Origin: a plasmid
Direction: 5' to 3' (one strand)
Sequence record: CP121101.1
DNA: 64,000 bases
The stretch's first letter is position 1, and every line of letters begins with the position of its first letter. The notes under the pieces were generated by a model. The model was not told the origin of the DNA, did no database searches, and saw only the letters and a list, made by a program, of their open reading frames with translations. Both the position numbers and the translations under genes were made by a program. Positions 23,406 to 33,517 of the stretch are shown one piece after another.

Positions 23406-23670
23406 CGATCAAGTATCGGTACCGGTATAGCTCGCTGGCTTGTTGGTTCAACGGCACCAATACCCACTCCACGTCGGAATGACAGATGATGGAGAAGCAG
23501 TGATCGTTGATGATGAAAATATCACCGGGGAAGTGCCGGCATTTAGATAGGAAATCATCACGCTGAGCCAACGTCAGTGGCTTGCACTCTGCGTAGTTGA
23601 GGATTTTTTCCCGTTCGCAAACCTGCACCGGCAGGTCTATGGTGGTGGCGATTGCTTTACTGAAGTCCAT
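23365..23670 (-). CDS. hypothetical protein, 101 aa, overlapping the start of the downstream gene (operon)
   Basis: ORF; 41-bp overlap with 22606-23405. Confidence 0.4.
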   Translation of the reverse strand: MDFSKAIATTIDLPVQVCEREKILNYAECKPLTLAQRDDFLSKCRHFPGDIFIINDHCFSIICHSDVEWVLVPLNQQASELYRYRYLIDARELHHRSLTIH

Positions 23671-23907
23671 AGGGTCCCCCCATTTTTATTGATAAGTTGG
23701 TGACAGGATAAATTGCTTTTTTGCAATGCAAGGGGGGCCCATCCTGGGCGGCAAGTACCTGAACAGCTTCAAAACGAGAGGGCGAGTGCACCGGAACTAT
23801 GTGGCCGGTGCCTGGGAGTTTGTGATTGATTGGAGGGAAGGGGGGGTAATCAAATTCATCCTGCCGGTGGTTCTAGATCTAGGCAGGCAGGGGATGCAAT
23901 CCTCGGG

Positions 23908-24183
23908 CTATAGGGACTTCAGTAACAGTGCGCGGAGAAAGTCCTGCTGTGAAATTGAGCAAGCTTTGAACCCGCGAAACACACCATTATCGACCAGGAT
24001 TTCGTCATACCGGCCAATGGTATCTCGATAAACAAGACGTCGCTTTCCAATACCGCCGACCAACTCATCAACCGTGCGCACAACCTGTTCGGCTGAATTC
24101 GTGATTGTGGCGCAGAGGTCTAGATCCAGAAGGAGCAGCATGGTCTCGTCCTGGTACACGATTTCAAAAACGGGTGTTGGCAA
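23908..24183 (-). CDS. hypothetical protein, 91 aa
   Basis: ORF only. Confidence 0.35.
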   Translation of the reverse strand: MPTPVFEIVYQDETMLLLLDLDLCATITNSAEQVVRTVDELVGGIGKRRLVYRDTIGRYDEILVDNGVFRGFKACSISQQDFLRALLLKSL

Positions 24184-24271
24184 TTGTCTGCTCCCTATAC
24201 CTCTGTTGAGCCAACCCAGGTATCACCAAGGTAAGCATCCGCACCCCGGAGGCGCTCCAGAGGGATATCTA

Positions 24272-24580
24272 GGGAAGGTGCGAATAAGTGGTTAGCACCT
24301 TCGTCTTTGATAGTTAGGTCGATTTTTGACTCGTCCCATTTCTAACATTGCCCTATTTTCTTCAAAAATCAGGATTTATAACCATTTTCACCTCTTATCT
24401 GTGGGTATTCCTCGATTTTAGGTAGATCTTTTCTGTGCTCTTATCAATTGGTCTACTCGAAACAGGTTCGCTAGCGTAAACAACATCGCCAGTTGAATGT
24501 CGTTCTTCATCAGCCCCTTGTACCGCGCTTTGACGAAGCTGAGTCGCCCCCAGTTCCCTAGACACCTTACAGCCTTAAAA
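24272..24580 (-). mobile_element. remnant (~300 bp) of an IS5-family element: terminal IR GGAAGGTGCGAATAAGTGG plus the 3' end of the transposase gene, truncated by the adjacent IS3-family element
   Basis: IR matches IS5-type IR; 24460-24560 is homologous to the IS5 right-end region (AACAGGTT.GC.AGCGT.AA.AACATCGCCAGTTG...). Confidence 0.6.
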
Positions 24581-25560
24581 TGAGGCAATTATTGGGGGTG
24601 TTATGACCAGTCAGCGTTGTCCAGAAACATTCAAAATCGAAGCTGTGAAACAAGTCACCGAGCGCGAGCGGCCTGTGGCTTATGTTGCACGAGCCCTCGG
24701 GGTATCCAGCCACTGCCTGTATGTTTGGCTCAAGCAGTACGGTAAGCCTGCTGACCAACAGCATGGAGAGTCTGCCTTGCAGGCGGAGATACGCCGCCTA
24801 AAAAACCGAACTTCGCCAAGTCATAGAGAAGCGCAATATTCTAAAGGGAGCAGCGTACTTTGCCAGCGAGTCAAGGAAAGGTACGCGTTCATAACCTCCT
24901 GACTCGACCAGTACAATGTCGTTACCCTGTGCCAGACCCTGGGGATTCACCGAAGTGGCTTCTACGCGTGGCTGAAACAACCCGCATCGTTACGCCAGCA
25001 GGAGGACGAACGGCTGACAGGATTGGTCAAACAATCCTGGCTGGAAAATGGTGCTGTCTATGGTTACCGCAAGATCTATCGCGATCTCCGTGACATGGAG
25101 GAAGCCTGTGGGAAGCACCGTGTGGCCAAATTAATGAAGCGGGAGGGTTACGTTCGCAAACTGGTTATCAGCGTTGTAAGGAGCATTATGGTGGCAAGAG
25201 CCCGCTGGCGGCCCCGAACACGCTGGCACGTCAGTTTAAGGTTCCAGACCCTAACATCTCCTGGGTAACTGACATTACCTACATCCGCACTCAAGAAAGG
25301 TGGCTGTAGTGCTCTCGCCAGATCGTCTGGCTGGACGATGAAGCCACGCAGCCGGCGGACCTAGCGGTTGGCGCGCTCTTGATGGCTATCTGGCGCCGCA
25401 AGCCAAAGCAGCCGGTACTGGTGCATTCGGATCAGGGCAGCCAGTTTACTCGCTCACTGATCTTGCTGTCGCTGCCGTGGATATTACCGAGGAAATCAAT
25501 GCGCCAGATGATACCGGTGTCCGAGTCTTTGATATTGCCAAGTGAATTCTCAAATAGCCC
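24581..25560 (+). mobile_element. degenerate IS3-family element (orfA 24603-24902 with HTH; orfB fragments with YGYRKI and DDE region HSDQGSQFT), multiple frameshifts and a 3' truncation
   Basis: MTSQRCPETFKIEAVKQVTERERPVAYVARALGVSSHCLYVWLKQY...; LVHSDQGSQFT; ends approximate. Confidence 0.6.
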
Positions 25561-25683
25561 TGATTCTGGATCATTGGGTATCGTGTCTTGCTACATCATT
25601 GGTTTACCATAACAGCCAATCGAATCTGAATCCTACCCTCCCTACCGTGGGTGTGACATTGCAGTAGAACACCAAGGATCATC

Positions 25684-28371
25684 ATGGCCGTCAATCAGAC
25701 CAAAATCTCCGATGACTTGAAAGCGTTGGTCAACGCACCTGACAAATCCGAATTTATCTTTGGCTTTATGGCCGCCTATGGGCTGCCCAAGGCCACGATC
25801 ACGCATATCAAGCAAGGGGGAAATCGCAACCTGGCCAAAGAAGCGGGCCACGTTGGCATCAACTCAAAGTTCTACTTTCAGCCGGTGAATGAAGGGACCG
25901 ACATCGAGCTCCTTTTTGAACAGCGGATTGCAGCGTGTGCCAGCACCAAGCACAAATACCGCTTCGTCATCCTCACCGATTTTGTTCGCTTCCTCGCGTG
26001 GGACGTTCTGACTGAGGAGAGACTCGATACTGAGCTCGGCGAACTGTTCCGCGAATATGGTTTCTTCCTACCCTTAGCAGGCCTTGAGAAGGCGATTCTG
26101 GGTGCCGAGAACCCAGCCGATGTGAAAGCTGCCGAGAAGATGGGCAAGCTCTTCGATCTCATCAAGAGCCTCAACGAATTGAGTAGACCTGAGGATATTC
26201 ATGCCCTCAACGTATTTCTGACGAGGCTGTTATTTTGCCTGTTTGCCGAAGATACGGGGATTTTCGAAAAGGGTCAGTTTACCTCTGCCATCAAGGGCTA
26301 CACAGAAGACGATGGCAACAACCTCGATCAGTTCCTGAGTGACTTATTCGCTGTCATGAATAGCGAACCCAATAGTGACTTGCGCAAAAATCTGCCGTCT
26401 CATCTGGCAGCCTTCCCCTATGTAAACGGTGGGCTGTTCGCGGTGGATGAACCCATCCCGTCGCTTGGCAAGCAGGGCCGCAAGATCCTGCTGGAATGCT
26501 GCATGATGAACTGGGGGGAGATCAACCCGGATATCTTCGGTTCAATGTTCCAGGCGGTGATTGATGTCGAGCAGCGCGGGAATTTGGGCCAGCACTACAC
26601 CTCGTATAGCAACATCATGAAGGTGATCCAGCCACTGTTTCTGGATTCACTGCGGGCCGAGTTGGAAAAGAATCGAAAAAGTACCAATGGCCTCAAGAAA
26701 CTGCTGGTGCGGTTGGGTAACATCAAAGTTTTCGATCCCGCCTGTGGTTCGGGTAACTTTCTGATCGTCGCTTATAAAGAGTTGCACACACTTGAGCGGA
26801 TGATCATTCAAGCCCTACAACAGCTTGAACCACAGCAGGGCTTCTCCATGAGCAGCCTGCACCTTGATCAGTTCTATGGTATTGAGATAGACGACTTCGC
26901 CTGTGAAATCGCCCGCCTTGCACTCTGGCTGGCCGAACATCAGCTTAACAAGCAGTGGGAGCAAACCTTTGGTTATGCACGCCCAGCGCTACCGCTGAGA
27001 TCATCCGGCAATATCGTGAGCGGTAACAGCCTAGTGCTGGATTGGCATAACGTTTGTCCCAAAGGCATTGAGGATGAAGTCTATGTGATCGGCAATCCAC
27101 CTTTCTTGGGAACATTGGGACGCAGCGATGAACAGCGATCCAATATGCAGGCAGTATTTGGTGATGTCGTTTTGGGTACTATGGATTTTGTCGCCTGTTG
27201 GTTCTGGAAGGGAGCTAAGTACATCCAGAACTCCTTCGCTGAGCTGGCATTGGTCTCAACGAACTCTATCTGCCAAGGTGAGCAGGTGGCTGCACTCTGG
27301 CCTCCAATTTTTAACTTGGGGCTGAATATTCACTTCGCTTATCCGACCTTCCCGTGGGCTAACAATGCACGTGACAAGGCAGCAGTCCATGTCGTTATTG
27401 TAGGTCTTTCCGCAAGGGACAAATCGAGACGGTTATTTCAATTTGTTAATGGTGAATGGCATAGCTACAACGTCAGCAATATCAGTCCCTACCTGGTGAA
27501 AGGCAGCAATATCGCTATAGCACCACGAAACAAGCCACTTACAGAGGGCATTCCACCACTAAGTAACGGTAGTAAACCTACGGATAACGGTCATCTGTTT
27601 CTAAATAGGGAAGAATATGATGAACTGCTAAAGATTGAACCTCAGGCTAAACGCTGGATCAAAAAATTCTTGGGTGCAGACGAGTTTTTGAACGCTAAAG
27701 AGCGCTGGTGCTTGTGGCTAGCTGGCGCTACCGAAGAAGACTTACGGGGTATGCCTATAGTTCAAAAGCGGGTGGAAGCGGTACGAGTCTTTCGTCTTGC
27801 AAGTACAAAAGAAAATACGGTTAAACGAGCAGAGATTCCCCATCTATTCGATCAGGACAGGCAACCAACCTCAGGAAGTTATATTCTGATGCCTCGCGTT
27901 TCATCATCAGAGCGTCGTACCTATGTTCCATTAGGGTTTTACAGCGTTGATGTCATTTCATCTGATCGCAACTTCATCCTTCCCAATGGTTCGCTCTATG
28001 AGTTTGGAGTTCTTTCATCTCTGATTCATAACGATTGGATGCGACTGGTAGCCATGCGTCTTAAAAGCGATTACAGCTACGGAAATAAGGTTGTATATAA
28101 CACATTCCCTTGGCCAACAGCGTCTATTGCTCAACAGACAGAAATAGAACGGATAGCGGAAGAATTGCTTCTTACACGGGAAGATTACCCTGGCAAGACT
28201 TTGGCCGAACTCTATGACCCCGACAAAATGCCTGCTGGGCTGCTTGAAGCACACCGGGCACTGGATAGCGCTGTCGATAAGCTATATCGGGATCGCCCCT
28301 TTAAGGATGCTGCGGAGCGGGTAAGCCATCTGCTCGGGCTCTATGAAAAGCTAACCGCTGCTACCCTCTAG
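25684..28371 (+). CDS. MmeI-family Type IIL (IIG) restriction-modification enzyme: single polypeptide with N-terminal PD-ExK-like nuclease region, gamma-class N6-adenine methyltransferase (motif I DPACGSGNF, motif IV NPPF) and C-terminal TRD; 895 aa
   Basis: collinear conservation with MmeI: KAAEKMGKLFD, LTRLLFCLFAEDTGIFEK, LAAFPYVNGGLF, RGNLGQHYTS, VFDPACGSGNFL, DQFYGIEID, VIGNPPFLG, WCLWLAGA, YNTFPWP, LAELYDPDKMPAGLLEAHRALDSAVDKLY. Confidence 0.85.
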   Translation: MAVNQTKISDDLKALVNAPDKSEFIFGFMAAYGLPKATITHIKQGGNRNLAKEAGHVGINSKFYFQPVNEGTDIELLFEQRIAACASTKHKYRFVILTDFVRFLAWDVLTEERLDTELGELFREYGFFLPLAGLEKAILGAENPADVKAAEKMGKLFDLIKSLNELSRPEDIHALNVFLTRLLFCLFAEDTGIFEKGQFTSAIKGYTEDDGNNLDQFLSDLFAVMNSEPNSDLRKNLPSHLAAFPYVNGGLFAVDEPIPSLGKQGRKILLECCMMNWGEINPDIFGSMFQAVIDVEQRGNLGQHYTSYSNIMKVIQPLFLDSLRAELEKNRKSTNGLKKLLVRLGNIKVFDPACGSGNFLIVAYKELHTLERMIIQALQQLEPQQGFSMSSLHLDQFYGIEIDDFACEIARLALWLAEHQLNKQWEQTFGYARPALPLRSSGNIVSGNSLVLDWHNVCPKGIEDEVYVIGNPPFLGTLGRSDEQRSNMQAVFGDVVLGTMDFVACWFWKGAKYIQNSFAELALVSTNSICQGEQVAALWPPIFNLGLNIHFAYPTFPWANNARDKAAVHVVIVGLSARDKSRRLFQFVNGEWHSYNVSNISPYLVKGSNIAIAPRNKPLTEGIPPLSNGSKPTDNGHLFLNREEYDELLKIEPQAKRWIKKFLGADEFLNAKERWCLWLAGATEEDLRGMPIVQKRVEAVRVFRLASTKENTVKRAEIPHLFDQDRQPTSGSYILMPRVSSSERRTYVPLGFYSVDVISSDRNFILPNGSLYEFGVLSSLIHNDWMRLVAMRLKSDYSYGNKVVYNTFPWPTASIAQQTEIERIAEELLLTREDYPGKTLAELYDPDKMPAGLLEAHRALDSAVDKLYRDRPFKDAAERVSHLLGLYEKLTAATL

Positions 28372-28377
28372 CCAATT

Positions 28378-30430
28378 TTGACAAGGATTCAAGCATGGAA
28401 ATTCATCTTGCAAGTGACCTATGCCCAGAACGGGCAGAGCTCGGCGCTTAACGGCATGGGAATGCGGGAGATGCAGGCCCGCGCCTTCGCTCAACGCAAC
28501 AGCCCCTATCTGCTTATCAAAGCGCCACCCGCCTGCGGTAAATCCCGTGCACTGATGTTTTTGGGGCTGGACAAGCTGCTCAATCAAGGTCTGCGCAAAG
28601 TCATCGTCGCGGTGCCTGAGATGTCTATCGGCGCATCGTTTAAAGACACTGCGTTGACCGAATACGGATTCTTTGCGAACTGGCAGGTTAAACCTGAAAA
28701 CAATCTCTGCATTCATGGCGGTGAAAAGAGCAAGGTGGCCGCATTTAAGCGTTTTATGGAGAGTGATGACCAGATCCTTGTCTGCACCCACGCCACTCTG
28801 CGTTTCGCTTTTGACGAGGTAGATATCGCCTCGTTTAACGATTGCCTGATTGCCATCGACGAGTTTCACCATGTTTCCGCCAGTGAAGATAGCCGCCTCG
28901 GAGCGCGCTACTCGACGGCTTAATCCAGCAGTCCAATGCACATATCGTTGCCATGACGGGATCTTATTTCCGTGGCGATACTGTGCCTATCCTGACACCA
29001 GAGGATGAAGCCAAGTTTACCAAGGTCACCTACACCTATTACGAACAACTGAATGGCTATGAGCACCTGAAATCCCTCGGCATTGGTTACCATTTTTATC
29101 AGGGTAAATACATCGGTGCTCTGCCTTCGGTGTTAAACGCTTTCCTGAAAACCATTATTTACATCCCGAACGTGAATTCTAGTGAGTCCACCAAGGACAA
29201 ATATACCGAGGTCGATGCGATCTTGGATGTGCTGGGCGAGGTGCAGTCGAAAGATCCCGACACTGGCATCTACTTGGTGAAACGACATGAAGATGGCAAG
29301 CTGCTCAAAGTAGCCAATCTGGTGGATGACGATAATGAACGCCCCAAGGTGCAGGCTTATTTGCGCACCATTCAATCGGCTGATGATATGGACATCATCA
29401 TTGCTGGCTTGGCATGGCAAAAGAAGGCTTTGACTGGCCCTATTGCGAGCATGTGCTGACCATTGGCTATCGCAGTTCGCTGACCGAAGTCGTGCAGATC
29501 ATCGGTCGTGCGACCCGTGATTGTCCTGGTAAGACCCACGCTCAGTTCACGAACCTGATTGCCCAGCCCGATGCCCAGGATGACGATGTGAAGGTGTCGG
29601 TCAACAACATGCTCAAGGCGATCACGACATCCCTGCTGATGGAGCAGATCCTAGCCCCCAGTATTCAGTTTAAGCCTCGCTCGCAGTGGACTGGGGAGGC
29701 ATTGCCACCCAATACCGTGCTCGTTGGTGATGCGACCGTGCCGGTCTCGCAAACAGTGTTAGATATTCTCAATGGTGGCAAAGAGGAGATCCTGGCTGCA
29801 CTGATGGCCAAGGAGAAGGTGGTCAAAGAGGCAATTACTGAAACAGCTCCGCCCGAGGTATTTACTCAGTTAGAACTGCCCTCGGTCATTCAGGAGCTCT
29901 ACCCCGATCTATTGCCCCATGAGATAGAGCAAGTTCGTTCCGGCCTGCTACAAAGCATGTATATCAATCAACAGGGAGGGCTGATCAATGAGAGTGACTT
30001 GCCTCCCGATGCCGAGATTGTAGGAAGCCCGAACCCCACCTCTATCGGAGGGGCAAGCCCCGATGCCGCCAAGGATCAAGCAACCGCCAGTAAGCAGTTC
30101 TTAAAAATCGGCGAGAAGTTTATCAACATCGACAACCTGAGCATCGACCTGATCGAATCGGTTAACCCGTTCCACGGGGCCTATGAAATCCTCTCCAAAT
30201 CCGTGACGGCCACCATGCTCAAGACCATTCAGGAAGCGGTCAGCGCCAGCAAGTCACAACTCTCCGAGGAGGAGGCCGTCATGCTATGGCCGAGGATCAA
30301 GGAGTTTACTCAGCAAAACCAGCGTGCGCCTTCGTTGCATGCACCTGATCCCATCGAGGTACGACTGGCAGAAGCGCTGGCCTACATCAAACAGAAGAAA
30401 CAACAATCTGCGGCTAAACAGGAGGACTAA
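28378..30430 (+). CDS. SF2 helicase with ResIII-type N-terminal ATPase domain (~680 aa), reconstructed across two apparent frameshifts (~28920-28955 and ~29415-29460); ~270-aa C-terminal extension of unknown function
   Basis: Q-motif/Walker A QARAFAQRNSPYLLIKAPPACGKS, motif II AIDEFHHV, motif III SAS, helicase-C motifs IIAGL.KEGFDWP and motif VI QIIGRATR; 6-nt gap to the upstream MmeI-like gene. Confidence 0.7.
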
Positions 30431-30433
30431 GTA

Positions 30434-31716
30434 ATGATCCTGTTGCGATCGCATCAGCTCAAACCCAAAGCGTCTCTTGAAGATATCTTTGCCGAAGACG
30501 ATGTATTGGGTCTGCTCGATGTAGAGCCCCTAAAACCGAAAAGCGCGCCAGTTGACCTAGTGAGCAACCAGTTTGGGGATATCGTGGCGTTTTTTGAACA
30601 ACACGGTAGAGCCCCCCAAAACTCGACCTGTGCCGATATGCCCGAGAAGCGTCTTGCAAGGCGCTTGCAGGCGATACGCACGGATCCAAAGCAATGCAGT
30701 GCCCTTTCAGGTCAGGATATCCATGGTCTGCTGGCAGACATAGAAGTAGTGGGGATGGTTGCCGAGGAGCATGAGCAATATCCTGCCAGGGGAGTAGGTG
30801 TTGAGACTGTTAATGCACCCACCGTTGATACGTCGGAGCTGGTGACCTCGCTTGACGATATTTTTGCCGATGATGACCTCGGGTTATTGGATTTTGATAC
30901 CCCTGATATTTCAGCATGCAGCATGTGCCTAGAGAGAAAAAGGAGTTACCCGACGAGATAGCCCAGCGTCAGCCCTGTCCGGATTTTTCCCGCTTTGCAC
31001 CGCTGTTTGAGACCGTGAAAGCAGGTCTGCAAGGCCAAGAGTTCTCCCTCGCGCGCTATCGAAACGAACACGGTTTTCAGGTGGGTGATTTTTTCATATT
31101 GAATGGGGTTATGGGCTATGTGCATAGTGCCGGGGAGCGGCTAGAGCAGTACGAGCGATACAACGCACGACTTCACCTGGTTTTCGATAATGGAACAGAG
31201 CTGTACATGCTCTACCAGTCACTGACCCAGGGGCTTATTCGTGACAAGGAAGGTCGTAAGGTCATGCTAGGTGACAAACTCCTCTTGCCAAATGATGCAC
31301 CTATTCCAAGCGGTTTTGTATATGTACTCGCGACAAAGAGCACTGACCCGGTATTGATGCCCTTCAAGCAAAATCTCTACAAAATAGGTTTCACCGAAAG
31401 CTCTGTTGATGAGAGGATAAAGAATGCCGAGAAGGATAGAACTTTTCTGCAAGCACCAGTCCGTATTGTGACGACTTTCCAATGCTTCAACATGAACACG
31501 CACAAGTTGGAGACCTTGGTGCACGGCTTTCTCGCCAAGCAGCGCCTCGATATAACCTTAAAAGGGCAGGATGGCACCAGCTACACCCCGAGAGAGTGGT
31601 TTTACACTCCATTGGCAACAGTTCTTGAAGTTATTCAACACATTTTGGATGGGACTATTTCGCAGTACCGAATGGACAACACCACGGGGAAGATTGTTGC
31701 CAAAAAACTTCCATAG
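30434..31716 (+). CDS. protein with N-terminal acidic repeat motif (DIFAEDDVLGLLD ... DIFADDDLGLLD) and C-terminal T5orf172 (GIY-YIG-like, PF10544) domain. It is probably one ~425-aa gene with a frameshift in an A5 run at ~30940 (ORFs 30434-30961 and 30916-31716).
   Basis: GFVYVLATKST...YKIGFTESSVDERIKNAEKDRTFLQAPVRIVTTF...THKLETLVHGFLAKQRL...PREWFYTPL matches the T5orf172 pattern; 3-nt gap after the helicase gene. Confidence 0.6.
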
Positions 31717-31873
31717 TTTTACGTTTTGACCCTTTGGAAAGTCGAGGAAGATACTCAGAACATGCTGAAATTCTTATCTACCCTAATCGCACTGGCCGCA
31801 CCGCTGGTGGTGTGGATAACGATGTCGCTGGTCATGATTGTTTGACTGATTTATCATCAAAAAAGGAGTGATT

Positions 31874-32163
31874 ATGTTCAAAATTACTGGACTAGACACA
31901 CTGAAAAAAAAGAACTGGCTGAAACCCAACGTGCTTTAGCCGAATTGGATGGTGAACTGGGAACTGTCAGTTTCAACCCTCACAATCCGGCCAGTATCGA
32001 AGCGGCAATTCAGTCTGTTTATCGCATGGTTGATGAGCGCGCAGGACAATACACATCCAATCCACTCGTAGAACAGCTACTCGAGCAGATGAAAGAAGCA
32101 TATCGCGAAAATATTCTTCAAAACGCCGCCGAAGCTAGGTTCAAGACTGACGAGAATGAATGA
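31874..32163 (+). CDS. hypothetical small protein (~96 aa), start reconstructed through an A8 run at ~31910
   Basis: MFKITGLDTLKKK|ELAETQRALAELDGELGTVSFNPHNPASIEAAIQSV... Confidence 0.35.
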
Positions 32164-32417
32164 TGGCCCAAGACATTTTTTTAGAACTTAATAATGCCGT
32201 TTTGGACTTACAAGCTTCACAGCTACAAACCTACGAGCGACCTCTAAAGAGACTTGCCCAGTTACTGAAACACCCAGAGCTCAACACCTACAACGCAGAA
32301 TTAACTTGTGGGCTGGATCTAGAGGCCTTTATCAATAAAAGTGAGCAAACCGGCGGAAGTATGGTGGGTAGTGCGCAACTTGCTTGGCCGGAAGATCCTA
32401 GGCAAGTGCTGGGCTGA
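32160..32417 (+). CDS. hypothetical small protein, 85 aa; start overlaps the previous stop (ATGA)
   Basis: ORF, translationally coupled. Confidence 0.35.
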   Translation: MMAQDIFLELNNAVLDLQASQLQTYERPLKRLAQLLKHPELNTYNAELTCGLDLEAFINKSEQTGGSMVGSAQLAWPEDPRQVLG

Positions 32418-32419
32418 CA

Positions 32420-33056
32420 TTGCTTCTTATCGAGAAATTGGGGGATGACCCGCGCTATGCAACCAACTTTAGCCATCACTTCTTCTACTCCGGTAAAAAG
32501 ATCATAGCTGGTATCCACTCTCTCACTGGGCAGCTAATTGTTCCCTTTGTCCGAGATTACAGAAATTATGTTCAGTCCAAAGGAAACACCCAAACCGTGT
32601 TTAAACCCCGCCTCTCCCGCAAAGTCTTTATAGTTCACGGCCATGACGAAGGTGCGCGCGAGACTGTAGCCCGTTTCCTAGAGCGTATCGATTTAGAGAC
32701 CCCGTCATCCTGCATGAGCAGGCCAACCAAGGACGAACCGTCATAGAGAAAGTCATCGCGCATAGTGATGTCGGTTTTGCCGTTGTTTTGCTCACACCCG
32801 ATGATGAAGGGTGTGTTAAAGGCGGGACCCTAGAACCTCGAGCGAGGCAAAACGTGCTGTTAGAGCTGGGCTACTTCATTGGCAGCCTGGGCCGAGATAA
32901 GGTGTGTGCTTCAAGAGGGGCATGCTGGAAATCCCGAGTGACTTTGCGGGTGTAGTCTGGGAGACAATGGATAGTAGTGGTGGCTGGAAGCAGGCTCTTG
33001 CCCGTGAACTAGCCGCGGCAGGCTACGATATTGATTGGAATAAAGTGATGCGCTGA
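32420..33056 (+). CDS. TIR-like nucleotide-binding domain protein (PF10137/CAP12-like family), ~210 aa, reconstructed across two apparent frameshifts (C4 run ~32712, G4 run ~32925)
   Basis: KVFIVHGHDEGARETVARFLERIDLE|PVILHEQANQGRTVIEKVIAHSDVGFAVVLLTPDDEG...NVLLELGYFIGSLGRDKVCA|LKRGMLEIPSDFAGVVWETMDSSGGWKQALARELAAAGYDIDWNKVMR. Confidence 0.6.
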
Positions 33057-33103
33057 TAAGTATTGAGATAGTGATGCCTCCTATCAGTTGAATATCGCTT
33101 ATC

Positions 33104-33517
33104 ATGGATCCCATTGAGATCCACCCCATCAAACCAAACGCAAGTTTAATTGCATCAATTGGTCACAACCCACACTTATCTAACGCAGAACATATGACAC
33201 ATAAAATCATCGATACCGCACTTTTCTTTAGTTATGAAAACATGCTCACTCGCTTCAAGCGGGCGAAGAGTGAAGACACCTTGGACACGATGTATCGGGG
33301 GGCCGTCTACAAAGCCAATTCAAATCTACAGGGTAGCGACCTATTTCTGGCGCAAATCGCTATCGAGAGAGCACTGAACCAGTGTCAGCAAGATTTCGAC
33401 ACATCTCACACAGGTATGACCCGCAAAGTTAACCACGCCATCAAGCAAGCAGAAGAACCTTGCAAGCAGTACAACCCAGAAGAGGAGATGCGGCGACTCC
33501 TCTCCAGCATGAGCTAA
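33104..33517 (+). CDS. hypothetical protein, 137 aa
   Basis: ORF only. Confidence 0.4.
   Translation: MDPIEIHPIKPNASLIASIGHNPHLSNAEHMTHKIIDTALFFSYENMLTRFKRAKSEDTLDTMYRGAVYKANSNLQGSDLFLAQIAIERALNQCQQDFDTSHTGMTRKVNHAIKQAEEPCKQYNPEEEMRRLLSSMS

Noticed and set aside
25684-28371. BREX PglX methyltransferase assignment for the large N6-MTase
   Set aside because: The protein is ~900 aa rather than ~1200 aa and is collinear with MmeI, including the N-terminal nuclease-like region. No brxA/B/C, pglZ or brxL genes are adjacent.
30434-30961. Treating ORF 30434-30961 as an independent acidic protein
   Set aside because: It overlaps the T5orf172 ORF by 45 bp with a frame switch at an A5 run, so it is more likely the N-terminal half of one gene. 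This is kept as uncertain rather than asserted.
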